This document shows, piece after piece, positions 26,055-39,648 of a stretch of DNA of 64,000 nt. Numbering within the stretch: the first letter of the stretch is position 1; each line of letters starts with the position of its first letter. This DNA is from Veleropilina oligotropha. Its lineage: Eukaryota. Below the pieces are notes generated by a model. That model made no database searches and was not told the DNA's origin. It worked only from the letters and a program-made list of their open reading frames with translations. A program made the translations under genes and the position numbers. The DNA lies in contig JBEUKZ010000099.1 in NCBI GenBank assembly GCA_048128005.1, positions 1 to 64,000 on the forward strand, written 5' to 3'.

Positions 26055-26696
26055 CTATAAAGCGTGCGGGATGAAAATAATGTTACCTGGGGGGCCAAGG
26101 GGGAGGGGTGGACACCGTCTGCTGTAAAAGGCTGGAGTCATTTTTTCATTTATATCCCCCCCATGGAATAATTCTAGGTTGGCCAGCTTTCTGGAAATCC
26201 ACAGGTTACCCATTACACAGACGGTATAATCTGGGGTATCGTTTTTCTTTGCAGTGGGCATGAATGGCAGAACTTTGCATCGCACATAACAATGGCTGGT
26301 GTTTTCATTTAATGAATGCATTTCCACACTGTGGACATCATACATGGCGATCCTCGTAAAAGACTTTCGATTTCAATTGTCGCTGCACGTTCATTTTTAA
26401 TACGAAATAGTTATATATTTCCTTTTCCGTAAAATCGGGAATTTTCGTAAAATCTGTGATCCAATCACACAATTCCTTCGGGTGTGAGAGGTTTTCTCCC
26501 TGAGGTGTCGCAAGTTTGTCATGTGTTCGTAACAAAGACGCCTGTTTGTCTTCGTCCGACAGAGCACAAAAGTCGGCTTTTCCGAGGCGTTTACAACCTT
26601 TCACTCGTTCTACAAGCTCTCTTTTGTTTCCAGACACCGGTTTGCAATCTCCTCTGATTGCTCTTGTTTTATATGCGTTTAAAGAATGTTCCATGA
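26055..26696 (-). pseudogene. SAP-like domain transposon accessory gene remnant (possibly Kolobok-associated)
   Basis: PVSGNKRELVERV (SAP-like), PDFTEKEIYNYF, CYVRCKVLP, with a frameshift. A TTAA|AG terminus-like site lies at 25890-25895. Confidence 0.4.
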
Positions 26697-26719
26697 TGCA
26701 TCGTTTAGTGCAAAAATTA

Positions 26720-28461
26720 TAGCCATATGTTAATAGAAAATGCGAGAAATTTTGATCAAGTGAGGTAGGGGTTAAAACCAAAAATAACACTTAATAACGG
26801 GTATGACCACCTCTTGGATTGACTGACCACTACAATGCATCGCCGGCGCATATAATTGACTAAAGTGTTGATTTCTGCCTGTGGAATGTTGTTCCATTCC
26901 TGAATGGGTGCTTGACGAAGTTCGTTGACGTTCGCGGGTGAGTTGGGACGACGCCTCACACGTCTATCCAGACTATCCCAGACGTGCTCGATCGGGTTGA
27001 GATCAGGACTTTTAACGGGTCGGTCATCAACGAAATCAATGTTATTTGACCTAAGAAAATTTTCAGTGCTTCTAGCTGTATGAGATGTGGCATTATCATG
27101 CTGAAATCGAGATGTTGGCGTTTTTATGGAACAGAGAAATGACGTGATGGGCGAGAATGTCATCGCGATAACGTTGAGCATTTAAATTGTTGTCAATGAC
27201 GACTAGTGTTGAACGATAACCATGGGCAATGGTTTCCCAAACCATGACAGAACCCCACCTCCGAAACGATCTCGTTCAAGAACACAACACTCAGCATAGT
27301 GTTCATTTCTCCTACGGTAGACACGCACCCTGTCATCACCACGTTGTAAAGAAAATCTTGATTCATCCGATAAAAGATTGGTATTCCAACGTCGTCGTGT
27401 CCAACGAGTGTGTACACGTGCCCAATTAAGACGATTTACACGATGACGTTGCGTAAAACGCATCCGACGTAAGGTCGTCCTGCGTGTAAATCGTTCTCCC
27501 GCAGACGATTACGAACAGTTTGCTCACTGATTCCTTTATTATGAAGCCCAGGTGTGTTAGCAGCAGTAGCAGAGGCGGTTTGGAATCGATTGCGAAAAAG
27601 CGTGTTGTTGATATAGCGGTCTTGACCACACGTTGTTATACCCCCTTCACTCCGAAGGAAGTTCCCACTGCGTGCTTGAAGTTCTAAAATATTGCTAGGA
27701 CTCCGCGACAACTTCGTAGTCTTCGAGAAAATCAAAGAAAAAGTAAAATTGTCCAGTTCATGCTACATCCGCGCCAATGATGCCAGTGGGTAGACGGAAC
27801 TGCTATTTATACTATTTTGCATGGACGTTATAAGAACGTAGATCTGTCGGTGTATGGACGCTCTGTGGTATCAGTAGGTTCTAGGAGTTCCCACTGCGTT
27901 CTGGCATTTTTTCATGGGCGCAGCGAGATCTTCATTGGCGTAGCTACGGTGTGATGGGGCCTTAACACGCGGATGTCCACAAAGTGGCAAGTCGTCGGTG
28001 CGTCCTGTCGTTCGAAATCGTGCGGCGCGAAGATTTCGTATCACTCGATTAGAACTCCAAACATACCCTGAAACGTCTTCTGTCGGCATGCCTGCATCAA
28101 CCATGCCAATCGCACGTTCGCGTAAATTATTGGCTGTTCTTGGCATACTATAAATGCTACAATGTAAAAAATGTTCTTTTTTTTAAAATTTGAAGCGGTT
28201 TCGTTCACTTGAAAACCATGTCAGTAAGACTAGTAAACAAATTGACCGAATACCACACGGGACATGTTGAACCATGCATGCACGTGCAAATCGAGTTTAA
28301 CGTTGTCAACGATCAACATTGCAAAAATAATCGCTAAAATTCATGAATCCTGATAATATAGGAAAAGGCTAATACTACGTATCTAATTTCTTTACAAAGT
28401 GATTTCTTTAACACAACAAATACTATGTGTACAAATCGGAAGTTTCTTACTTTGTTCAGTA
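26720..28461 (-). mobile_element. Degenerate Tc1-family transposon
   Basis: MPR..RERAIGM..GHPRV, ISEQTVRNRLRE, LLSDESRF, FQHDNA, SPDLNPIEHVWD across frameshifts. 5' TIR tactgaacaaagtaagaaac next to TA. Confidence 0.92.
27639..27961. mobile_element. Harbinger-type MITE nested in the Tc1 transposase
   Basis: TTA on both sides; imperfect TIRs ccccttcactccg / cggtgtgatgggg. It splits GHPRV|TTCGQDRYI. Confidence 0.7.
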
Positions 28462-28828
28462 TATCTACTCAGATAGAGACGGAAAATGTGAAACATATTG
28501 TTCATGATTTCCAGTCGTCGCTAATACAAATGAGATTCACGTACTTTGAAACAATTTGATAGTTGATACAACGTTTCGATTCTTCATCCAAAAACCTTGA
28601 TGACGTGATTGACGATTTCTCTCCCCCTGCAAATTCATCGCCGGCCCCTCTCTCAACTCAGATCAGGGTCTGTAGCTGTCCGCCGTCGATCACAGTATTC
28701 TACTTCCTGAGCGCAATCGAGCTAGATATCTTCATTCACGTGTTCAGGGTCCTTAGATGATGGAACGTAATGTTGCATCAACCAACAAATTGTCTCCATG
28801 GAAGCGAGTCTCGTTCATATTATAGATC

Positions 28829-29000
28829 TTATACTAAGATGTAAGTCTTTTGCATATTTACATGACAACCAACATGCATTGTTTGAGGAAACAGCTTTCC
28901 ACAATTAGAACATTTTAATTAACATTATACTTGGTATATGTCTCTTCCACAGCATCAACACATGTTGGTGCACACCCGTAGCATTGCATTGCACACATTG
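28829..29000 (-). pseudogene. Decayed zinc-finger cassette (tenth array member)
   Basis: 28912-28829 translates as CSNCGKLFPQTMHVGCHVNMQKTYILV*, aligning with CPYCEKMFRQSTHFVGHVNVHK of cassette 3. An upstream out-of-frame CVQCNAT is present. Not in the ORF track. Confidence 0.6.
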
Positions 29001-29111
29001 TTTCGCATAAAAATGGGTTTTCACAAATGCTGTTTTACGCTGCTATTTACGGAGGCGTGTGTTTCACATTTTCTTGGAAAGTTTCTTAAAAAGCTGGCGT
29101 AGGATTTACTG

Positions 29112-29413
29112 TCATCACTAACCGCGATGGAAGGAAGGGCCCTGCCGAGACGCCTCGCGAAATCACCACTAGCCGCGATGCAAGGATAGGCCCGGTCGAG
29201 AAGCCTCGCGAAATCATCACTAGCCGCGATGCACGGACCCTACCGAGACGCCTCGCGAAATCATCACTAGCCGCGATGCATAGATAGGCCCGGCCGAGAA
29301 GCCTCGCGAAATCATCACTAGCCGCGATGCATAGATAGGCCCGGCCGAGAAGCGTCGCGAAATCATTACTAACCGCGATGCATGGATAGGCCCTACCGAG
29401 ACGCCTCGCGAAA
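29112..29413. repeat. GC-rich minisatellite of about 51 bp, about 6 copies
   Basis: Unit atcatcactagccgcgatgcatagataggcccggccgagaagcctcgcgaa. Confidence 0.9.
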
Positions 29414-31405
29414 TACGCGTACATCGTCGTGTCTCTCATGTCTCCGTGCTTCAGAATTCATTGAGTGATTTCCTCCCATCTTCCGTCCAGACACGTATTC
29501 TTTTCCGCGATTTTGCAGCACCCGCTCGACAGTCGTAATAAACACGGGCAGACCGAAAGCCAATGTCCCATTTTGAACATCGATGTTAAACTAAATAATG
29601 GAGTATATTTAAATCAGACCAGAGAGTATATCGCTAAAACTCTGCAAACATAATGATAAGGACGATGAATTTTAAGCATGATGTCATCTAGTTAAATTTG
29701 GCGCGAATTTGATTTCATGGCGCATCACCTAATTTACATATTGAATAATTCATACGCGTTGAATCGTCGTCTGCTGTAAAAAAAACAAAGATGTGGAATT
29801 ACTTTTTATTGGCGTACGTTTGTATTTTGGCGTGACACGTGTTGTCGAGGCGTGAAGCGTCTGAGGCAGGCCTTTTTATGACTGAAAGTACTGACAGAAA
29901 TCAGTTTAAAAACGTAAATAAATCACTTTAAAAACGTTAAAAAATAAGTTTAAATGTAAATAAAGTCATGTGATAAAGATCTGAAACTCGGCACACAAAT
30001 TGTGCTCGACTCGTTTCATAATTCTCATATGAAATGGAAACTCGTTTGAGATCCTCTATATATTAATTTAAGCATATCTTTCATGACGCATCCCCACGGC
30101 CGAATGAGTAGGAAAATGGTTTCCAATTCACCCATTCTAGTTGCGCACGATCCACAGCTCATGGTTGGAGGTCGGTCGACGACATTTCGTAGCGAACAGT
30201 CACAAAATATTCTTTAGACGATAATCTATCCCGATATGACCAAGCAGTTAAATAAACCCTAATACAAAGCAAAGAAACAAAACTACGAAGCGAAGCATCT
30301 CAGCAGATATTGAGGTATGTTTATAAACTACTATGGCATTAGTTGTGAAGCTGTGGTCCATGCACCATTGAAAATGATATTTTCAAACATCTACATGGAA
30401 CTAATATACTATTTCAAGTAATTGTGTGCCGCATTATTTATGTAATGTGTATCGAATCACAATCAGTCTACTATACGGCATATACGTGAGAAGAAGAATC
30501 AATACACCGTTCCCGCCGAAACTGTTAGCCTGCATCTCACTAAAATATTGTCCCGCTAGGTGGCGCTAATAGCGATTACTATATGCTGATTCAGGAATTT
30601 TATTCAAATAGACTTTATTTAATACATGCTAAGATGATCTCCTCGGGAACATGATCATTATGAAGCAGATATACTGCATGTGTGTTGTATATTCCGCTGC
30701 TATTCGAAGCGTTTGTTTTTGAAAATTGAGAGATATATATATATATATATATATAATATCATGATCATGGTATATGCACAAAATAACTATCATATTGCGC
30801 CCATGATATAATAATTATAGACTATTTTATGTGCAGGGGATACACCTTGAAAATGATAATATATTTTCTTGGTATGTATATCAGATAATACACTGACACC
30901 CCTCGCTAACGCTCGACTCGTTATGCGAGACATCAGCTCGCGTCGCAGTGTATTATCTCATACAAAAGTAATTATACTTATCCTGCCTCCGACAACATTC
31001 TAGTCCATTCATTGGTTACATCACGTCACGTGCTGACCATGTAAAATAACCATATCTAGTGCCTACGTTTCATATCACGTCAACGTAAAATGTCGGGTGA
31101 CTTCGTTTTCCCGCCACCCGTACTCGCCCAGTCATTGGACAGATTTTGCAGAGCTACACCAAGGGTCGCAATGGGTGTTTTGATATGATATTTTTGTATC
31201 ATGTTGCTATATAATGTACATCATAATACATATTTATTACGTTGCTGTATTGTGGCATATAACTATTATTACGATATTGTTATTATTAAATTTGTTACTT
31301 TATTTCCAATACATTTTGTTACGTTATTAACAATATATTTACTTATTTTCGTTTCTCAAAATATTACGTAATAATATATTTGAAGGTCGTCGACAGGATA
31401 AATAC

Positions 31406-31549
31406 CTTACATAGTTTGTTAGTGACCGAATACGAATTTTACCGGGGTCAGTGGAAATTTCATATTGGGCTCGGCTATCGCCTCGCCCAATATGAAATTT
31501 CCACTGACCCCGGTAAAATCCGTATTCGGTCACTAACAAACTATGTAAG
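31406..31549. repeat. Near-perfect 144-bp hairpin element
   Basis: cttacatagtttgttagtgaccgaatacg..catattgggc and its reverse complement around tcggctatcgcctc. Confidence 0.9.
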
Positions 31550-32538
31550 TTATAATACATACCATGGGCGCGTTATACAGACAATGGAATTCTAGGGCAC
31601 GTGCCTCCCTTGTTCGGCAAACAATGGAATTAACCAAAGTGCGGTGAAATTGAGAAGATTAACAAGGTGTTGAACAAAGTGGACTCTTCTGATAAAGCGC
31701 TCACGAGGTATTATCTGCTGTTCATTATACTTTTAATGAGATACATGTTGTAATTTACAATAGATTGCCTTGGCATGTATGACAGATAATACCCTGATAC
31801 CCCTGACCGATATCTTGCATAATTTCCCGCGCTCCGGTCTGGTAATTATGAAAGATATCTTCGCAGGAGTCATGGTATTATCTATTACATAACGGTTAAC
31901 CCCTTGGATGCGACTATTATCTAGATGCCAGAGCAGAAAAGGCGATATTCAAAGTTACTGACATTTTATGTCCTACACTCACAGTGACAACATTGTTATT
32001 ATACAAAAGAACATTAAATTTGCATTTTATTCGGTCAAGTTTTTGCCTCTATGCGCCGAGAACAAAATATCATTACAATGAACACTTGCAGATACGAGGT
32101 TGAAATATATAAATATAATATTGGTTGTAAACCTACTGCATATAAATTTAGTAAATTTACAAACAGTTAAAACATTAGTTCCTAATACAGAGTATATGAC
32201 AATACTAGTGATAAGTATAGAGAAAGCATACAAGTATACCAATACATATACGTTATATAACAGACAATACATGATCTTAGTGGTTTGTAAACAAAAACAC
32301 ATATCGTGCAATATATTGCGTCATTAGTCATATCACATGGCTCTATCATCGATGATCAAACAATATATGTATAATATATTAATTATCACACACCCATGCA
32401 TACATTTACACATACAAGACTTTATCTCCTTTTAGGTGTATACTAGATTCAGCCAGACTCCTAGATGTATGGTACTGGATTGTTTTATACCACACTGTGT
32501 TGTTCCCTCGTCATCGATGAATCAATAAATATAGTTAA

Positions 32539-33047
32539 ACTAGAATTATCACAGGAGTGATGCCGTCACAAAAGCGCTTGACACAGGAACAGGCTGTCGC
32601 GATGACCTACTTGAGTTATGACGCACCCACACATCAAGTTTCGTGTCCCTAGGTCAAATAGTATGGGAGATATGGATCGGAAGGGATTTTGGGCAAATGC
32701 TGTCAAGCGTGAAAAGTATATCGCGGATACTTAGTTTTGGTACACGTCACACCTTTGGGTTATGACGCATACACAGATCAAGTTTCGTGTCCCTCGGTCA
32801 AATAGTATGAGAGATATGGAGCGGAAGGAAATTTTGGACCAAATGCGGTCAAGTCCGAAAAGTAGGTCGAAGTGACCTACTTTCGGTACACGACATACCT
32901 TTGGGATACGACGCACGCATACATCAAGTTTCGTGTCCCTAGGCAAAATAGTATCAGAGATATGGAGCGGAACGGAATTTGCAACAGAACGACCGACAGA
33001 AAACTGTCTCCTATATGCCTGCCTAAACTTCGTTTGTGAAAGCATAA
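32539..33047 (+). mobile_element. HINE/Pearl-like element with about 150-bp internal tandem units
   Basis: actagaatt start, three units containing atcaagtttcgtgtccct, 3' hairpin-like end. Confidence 0.6.
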
Positions 33048-33490
33048 TAAACGGGAAAAGTGTGTTCTAATATGTGTTAATTAGGCCATTGTGTTTTATA
33101 GAATATTTATCAGTTTACAATTGACAAAAATCACTACGTGTGTGTACATCGAAAATGATGAGCGAAATTTAGGATTTAAAACATGTACTAATTGGTGACT
33201 GAATCTATCTTTTCAAATACAACCAGGCATGCACTCTATAAACATAACTTTCAAGTGCACAAAATATGACTTACGTCAATGGTCGACATCTGGTTACTAC
33301 TCACACAACTTTTATTTTATCTGGTTGTCCTAGACGTTTTTGTCCCTCAATCTTAGAACCTTACGGGACGCCCGTCCAATTTCAGGAAAAGGTATTTCAA
33401 ATAAATTAATTATCACGTATCCTCATCTTTCAATTGGATATTATTTGCAATACGTATATGATAACCAAAAGCATACTTATCGAATGACTG

Positions 33491-33994
33491 TTAGTCCGAT
33501 GGATGGATATTTGTTATGAAAGCTGTTTTAGTATCAGTAACAGCATAGCAGCCTTTCTGATGGCGTACGAGATGACTTTTGTACGTGAATGCTCTCATAC
33601 ACACGCAGGCGTATGGTCGCAATCCCTTGTGCACATTTACATGACCAACGAAATGAGTCGATTGACGAAACATCTTTTCACAATATGGACATTTAAATTT
33701 ATAAGCTTGGTCTGACTCATCCACACGATTCTTAGATGGAGAGCTGGATTCTGAGCCGAAGTTCAAAAGTCTTTGATCCATTATTTCGGCATTGATCCCA
33801 AAGGGCGAATCGGATGGAGAGCTATATTGTGCGCCGAAATTCGAAGTGCTTTGACCCGTTATCATGGTATTGCTCCAGAAGCGAAAATCGGCAGCGGTCG
33901 TCATGGAAAGGTGTTCCGTCTCACACGTCTTCAGATTCCTTCTTTCATCCGTTGTCTTGTCAGATTGGTGACTTATTTTCCAATCCTTGAGGTC
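33491..33994 (-). CDS. Zinc-finger terminal exon, cassette 3 (2 fingers)
   Basis: actgatctcttccttgttcacttgcag|GAC, phase 0. CPYCEKMFRQSTHFVGHVNVH-KGLRPY-ACVCMRAFTYKSHLVRHQKGC, then stop. Confidence 0.85.
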   Translation of the reverse strand, partial: DLKDWKISHQSDKTTDERRNLKTCETEHLSMTTAADFRFWSNTMITGQSTSNFGAQYSSPSDSPFGINAEIMDQRLLNFGSESSSPSKNRVDESDQAYKFKCPYCEKMFRQSTHFVGHVNVHKGLRPYACVCMRAFTYKSHLVRHQKGCYAVTDTKTAFITNIHPSD

Positions 33995-34414
33995 CTGCAA
34001 GTGAACAAGGAAGAGATCAGTATTGAAGGCAAAACAATTCAGTGGCGCCATCTATCGGTCTGGGCAGCTGTATACCCTCTCTATTCAATCGTAGACCAAA
34101 GTTTTTTCGGCGAACCAGTTGAATATTTCCAGGCAATTCAAATAATTCACTGCAAAAACAACACATATTCAATATTAAAAAATTCAACGGTGATTAATTC
34201 CATTTGAGGCATCGAGTTATTGTTTTAAAGTTTAATATTGAAATGTTTTAGGTAGCACAAACAACTCGATATCGTTTAGTGGTTCAAATAACTCCTGTCT
34301 CGGGCCACATGCCTCTCGACATGAGTGCATTCTCCAAATGCTGATGATTAGATTATCCATATTGAAACTTTGACGACAGAAACGTATCCAATTTAATTAT
34401 GTTTGGCAACTTCG

Positions 34415-35361
34415 ACGAAACTCACATATTCACTAATGTTTGTCTGTTTATTATGAGGAGAACTCAGAACTATATCAGCGATTATGACGAAACTCACATA
34501 TTCACTAATGTTTGTCTGTTTATTATGAGGAGAACTCAGAACTATATCAGCGATTATGACGAAACTCACATATTCACTAATGTTTGTCTGTTTATTATGA
34601 GGATTGAGGAGAACTCAGAACTATATCAGCGATTATGACGAAACTCACATATTCACTAATGTTTGTCTGTTTATTATGAGGAGAACTCAGAACTATATCA
34701 GCGATTATGACGAAACTCACATTTTCACTAATGTTTGTCTGTTTATTATGAGGAGAACTCAGAACTATATCAGCGATTATGACGAAACTCACATATTCAC
34801 TAATGTTTGTCTGTTTATTATGAGGAGAACTCAGAACTATATCAGCGATTATGACGAAACTCACATATTCACTAATGTTTGTCTGTTGATTATGAGGAGA
34901 ACTCAGAGCTATATCAGCGATTATGACGAAACTCACATATTCACCAATGTTTGTCTGTTTATTATGAGGAGAACTCAGAGCTATATCAGCGATTATGACG
35001 AAACTCACATATTCACTAATGTTTGTCTGTTTATTATGAGGAGACCTCAGAACTATATCAGCGATTATGACGAAACTCACATATTCACTAATGTTTGTCT
35101 GTTTATTATGAGGAGAACTCAGAACTATATCAGCGATTATGACGAAACTCACATATTCACTAATGTTAGTCTGTTTATTATGAGGAGAACTCAGAACTAT
35201 ATCAGCGATTATGACGAAACTCACATATTCACTAATGTTTGTCTGTTTATTATGAGAACTCAGAACTATATCAGCGATTGTGACGAACTCACATATTCAC
35301 TAATGTTTGTCTGTTTATTATGAGGAGTACTCAGAACTATATCAGCGATTATGACGAAACT
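34415..35361. repeat. 72-bp minisatellite, about 13 near-identical copies
   Basis: Unit gacgaaactcacatattcactaatgtttgtctgtttattatgaggagaactcagaactatatcagcgattat. Confidence 0.97.
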
Positions 35362-35380
35362 CTGAGGAATAATGGATGAT

Positions 35381-35555
35381 GATTTCGAGCAACATCTGAA
35401 TATGGGATTTCGAGCAACATCTGAATATGGGATTTCGAGCAACATCTGAATATGGGATTTCGAGCAACATCTGAATATGGGATTTCGAGCAACATCTGAA
35501 TATGGGATTTCGAGCAACATCTGAATATGGGATTTCGAGCAACATCTGAATATGG
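35381..35555. repeat. 25-bp minisatellite, 7 copies
   Basis: Unit gatttcgagcaacatctgaatatgg. Confidence 0.97.
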
Positions 35556-36415
35556 TATTGAAGGTTTTTGCTTAACCGAATGTCTTCTAATGTTCTACGA
35601 TTCATCAGCATCGAACAATAAAGAATTCTTGATCAACACATCTGTTACTTCACATTTAAGATAATAAATTGAGTTTCGGGTGTGGTCACAATAATTAACC
35701 CACTGGCGAGTAAATAAATAAGCGAAATGGCAAAATTCGAATATCTTCTTCGATGACACTGTCGTGCGAAAATTGGCATTAAATAAATTTTATACTGTTG
35801 GCTGTGATAATTTGCTAAAAATGGCTAAGACAACCAGACACAAATAACGTCTGCAATTCCGTGAGTTACTAGTAACCACATTCTTCAATTTTGAACTACA
35901 CGATTCAGAACTGCATGGATAAACATTATCCTTAAAATTCCTGTTTATATGAACAGATATCGGTAGCTCAACTGATAGAGCATCGCAAAACGTTATGGGG
36001 GACGGTAGGATATGGGTTCACCTCTTTCCGGGGTGACTTATTCTAATGCCTAACACTAATAGAAGCGATCGTTTAAAAACCCATCACCAGGAGATGCTAT
36101 ACCGAGGTTCCAACTACAAGTGTCATTGATAAATTGTAAAATATGTAAACTGGTTTACTTCACAAGCCTATTTATACGATTACAATATAGTTGCAAACAC
36201 GTCATCCAATCACTGACAAATACATAATATTAAAACTGAGCTGAAACTTGGCTTGGTCTTAAAACGACAAGTGTGTTCCACCATGTTTGAAAAATTCATA
36301 CATTCCACTTGCATGTAGCAATGTTAAAAGAGGATCTCATATTTGAAGGAAGAGAAAATGGTTTGGTGTCATCTTCAATACGAACATACATTTATAAATA
36401 TTTCGTTACCATATA

Positions 36416-36913
36416 TTATCGACACTGGCAGGTGCTCTTATGTCGGATAAGATCGCTTTTGTAGGTAAACGCCTTCCTGCACCAATCGCACGCGAACGGC
36501 CGGACACCCTTATGTTTATTCAAGTGACCTATAAAATGCGTTTTATGATAAAATTTTCTACCACAGTGTGCGCATTTATAATTTAAGTGCCTTTGGTCAT
36601 GTATTTTCTCGTGCTTGGAAAGTCTTTTAGCGTCCGCGAACGACTTAGCACATTTACAGCACGAAAACCGGTTAAGAGTGTGGGCTGTGGTCGGTCGACT
36701 AGAGCTCGGTAAAACAATATCGCGGGTGCGAGTCCGTTCAACTGTGCCGAAGTCGGAGGGGTCGGATTGTGATGTCATAAACAGGCTTTGCACTTCGTAT
36801 TCATCCAATGACACCGAGCACGTCGTGTCCGAAGTTTCGTCATTCATTGGAACATGTTGACGTTGTCCGTACGACAGCCGCAATTCGTTAGGACTGAATC
36901 TGGTCACATGGTC
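36416..36913 (-). CDS. Zinc-finger terminal exon, cassette 4 (3 fingers)
   Basis: actgacattttccattgctcctttgtag|GAC, phase 0 (the acceptor TAG is an in-frame stop). CCKC..HEKIH, CAHCGRKFYHKTHFIGHLNKH, CDWCRKAFTYKSDLIRHKSTC, then stop. Confidence 0.85.
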   Translation of the reverse strand, partial: DHVTRFSPNELRLSYGQRQHVPMNDETSDTTCSVSLDEYEVQSLFMTSQSDPSDFGTVERTRTRDIVLPSSSRPTTAHTLNRFSCCKCAKSFADAKRLSKHEKIHDQRHLNYKCAHCGRKFYHKTHFIGHLNKHKGVRPFACDWCRKAFTYKSDLIRHKSTCQCR

Positions 36914-39074
36914 CTACAAAGGAGCAATGGAAAATGTCAGTAAAGTATTTTCCCGTGATGTGGATATGTCATATTTATAAGTAAAATATTCCATGGAAAA
37001 TTATCATGAGAATAAATCCAGTCACACACAAACGCAGGTAAATAATTATGCAAGACAGCTCGAAATATCCAGCATGACCAACAACAGGAAGGTAGAATAT
37101 AAAGCAAAAAATAACCGTATGCTAACGGCATTACATAAAGTATTTCATCTTCGAGTATTTATTATTAAATAATGAATGAAACTTATGATTTATTTTCTAG
37201 TTCGACGGTTACGTTCGGTACAGAAAATATTTTTAAACGTTATGATTTCAAATAGTAAAATATGATTATATGTGTTATATGATAAACCCCTAGGGGCGAT
37301 ATCAGATATTTGACGGCGTTGATATCACGGGATTTATAACAAGTAATACGCCGATGATACTCTGGGTGATATCACCATCAAATCTCGGCTACGCCTCTAT
37401 CTAATAGTGATATCACACACCGACCATCAGTGTATTATTTAATATATAGAATTAAGATACGTCAGAGTGACACGAATGCCCCCGCAGAAAATATTGCCGT
37501 GAAATGAACAAAATATAACTGAATCAACGACCATAACTCTATTAAGTGACATCGGAAATTTACCGAAATCGAACTATACCTAGATATTATGATCATATAC
37601 TAAAATATCAAATTTCAATTTAAATCTATGGAGGCATTCTCAAGTAATCACCCGGATATGACAAAATGTTATAAGTGAATCAAAAGCCATAACTCCGTTG
37701 AGTGGTAGCCGAAATTTACAGAAATCGAATTCCACCTAGATATTATGATCATACACAGTCACTTGAATAACAAATTTATTTTAAATCCATGCAGGCATTA
37801 TCAAGTTATCACCCGAATATGAAAAAATGTTCTAAGTGAATCAATGACCGAATCATTTATCTGGTGTCTGCTTTCTTATAATAAAAAGGATGGTTCAGAC
37901 GTAATGGAATAGAGCCTACGTTATCTTGGTGGGTTTGCTAAACACTGAATTTCCCTTATCCCTTATTAGCTCGAATAAGGCCAAATAAAATTAATTATGT
38001 GTTTTCGGTAACGAGACTGAAAATTAATTTTATTTGGCCTAATAGTAAGAATGCAATGACTCTAACAAGATCCGGATTTGTCCCTCGCTTCACGCAATGT
38101 CCCTGGTGAGAACTTTAACCTAAATATATTTAATATGTCATCTAGAATAAAGGTGGATGCAATAAAGACAACACCAAAGCCAAAATTTCACATATTATTA
38201 ATTTATATTAATGAAATATTTTAAAATATCACTTCTAGTGTAGCAGGCACCATTATGCAGTCAACACTATATATTATATGAATGCAAAACAGGACGTTAA
38301 GGGGGTTACACCATGATTGAACACTAGGTTCGAAGATCGCACCTATACTTCTATAGTAAATTAATTACTATAGCAATAACATAAATATATTATAAATGGA
38401 ACGATATGTCAGAACCGTCCAACCCATTTAAACATTCAAGACATGGCAGAGTGTTTGCTGCGTCAAAGTCACTCGATTATGTGATAAATAATACACTGCC
38501 ACCCAGAGAGATATCAGCCATAATGCCTCGTGCGGCAGCGAGAGGCGTTATATGGATATCGCCGAGGGTGTCAGTGTATTATCTATCTTACACAGCTAGC
38601 TCAACCTTCATACCATGAAAATATCTTGAAAATTGCAAGCTGTAACCTCTAAAACATGAAATTGCTCATGATATCACCCCATGGGCGCGTTATGAAACAG
38701 TGGACTCTTCCATTCAAAGGCGTCAAGCATCTTGTCACATCCTTCGTTAAAGGCCGGAATGTGCAACCACCCGGTAGGTAGGCGAGGCCTGCGCTTTTGA
38801 GGCGTGACCTTCTGTCGTCGGTGATTCAGGCTTGCTGTGAAGTTGTTGTTTTTTTTTTTTTTTTTTTTTTTAAACAATAGTTTATTGCATTGCAAAAGGA
38901 TTGGACATTAGGAGTAATCCTGTCATCGTCCTCTCCGGGGTACATGGAATGGTATAGTTATTACAAGTTTTGCAATATGCAATTATATTCATGTTATATA
39001 TACAGTGTTATAGATAATTCATGATTACTTCCTAATTACTTATCACTTGAATATACATATTAAGGATACTAGTA

Positions 39075-39591
<517 letters not shown>

Positions 39592-39648
39592 TAATCTGAG
39601 ATGAAACAACCTCAAACTGTATGAGAATGAAGATGGAATTGAACTTTT

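Noticed and set aside
34399..35611. 200+ aa repetitive ORFs on both strands; possible CRISPR-like array
   Set aside because: The 72-bp unit is a multiple of 3, so frames stay open by chance. Units are contiguous with no unique spacers, no cas genes are present, and the context is eukaryotic.
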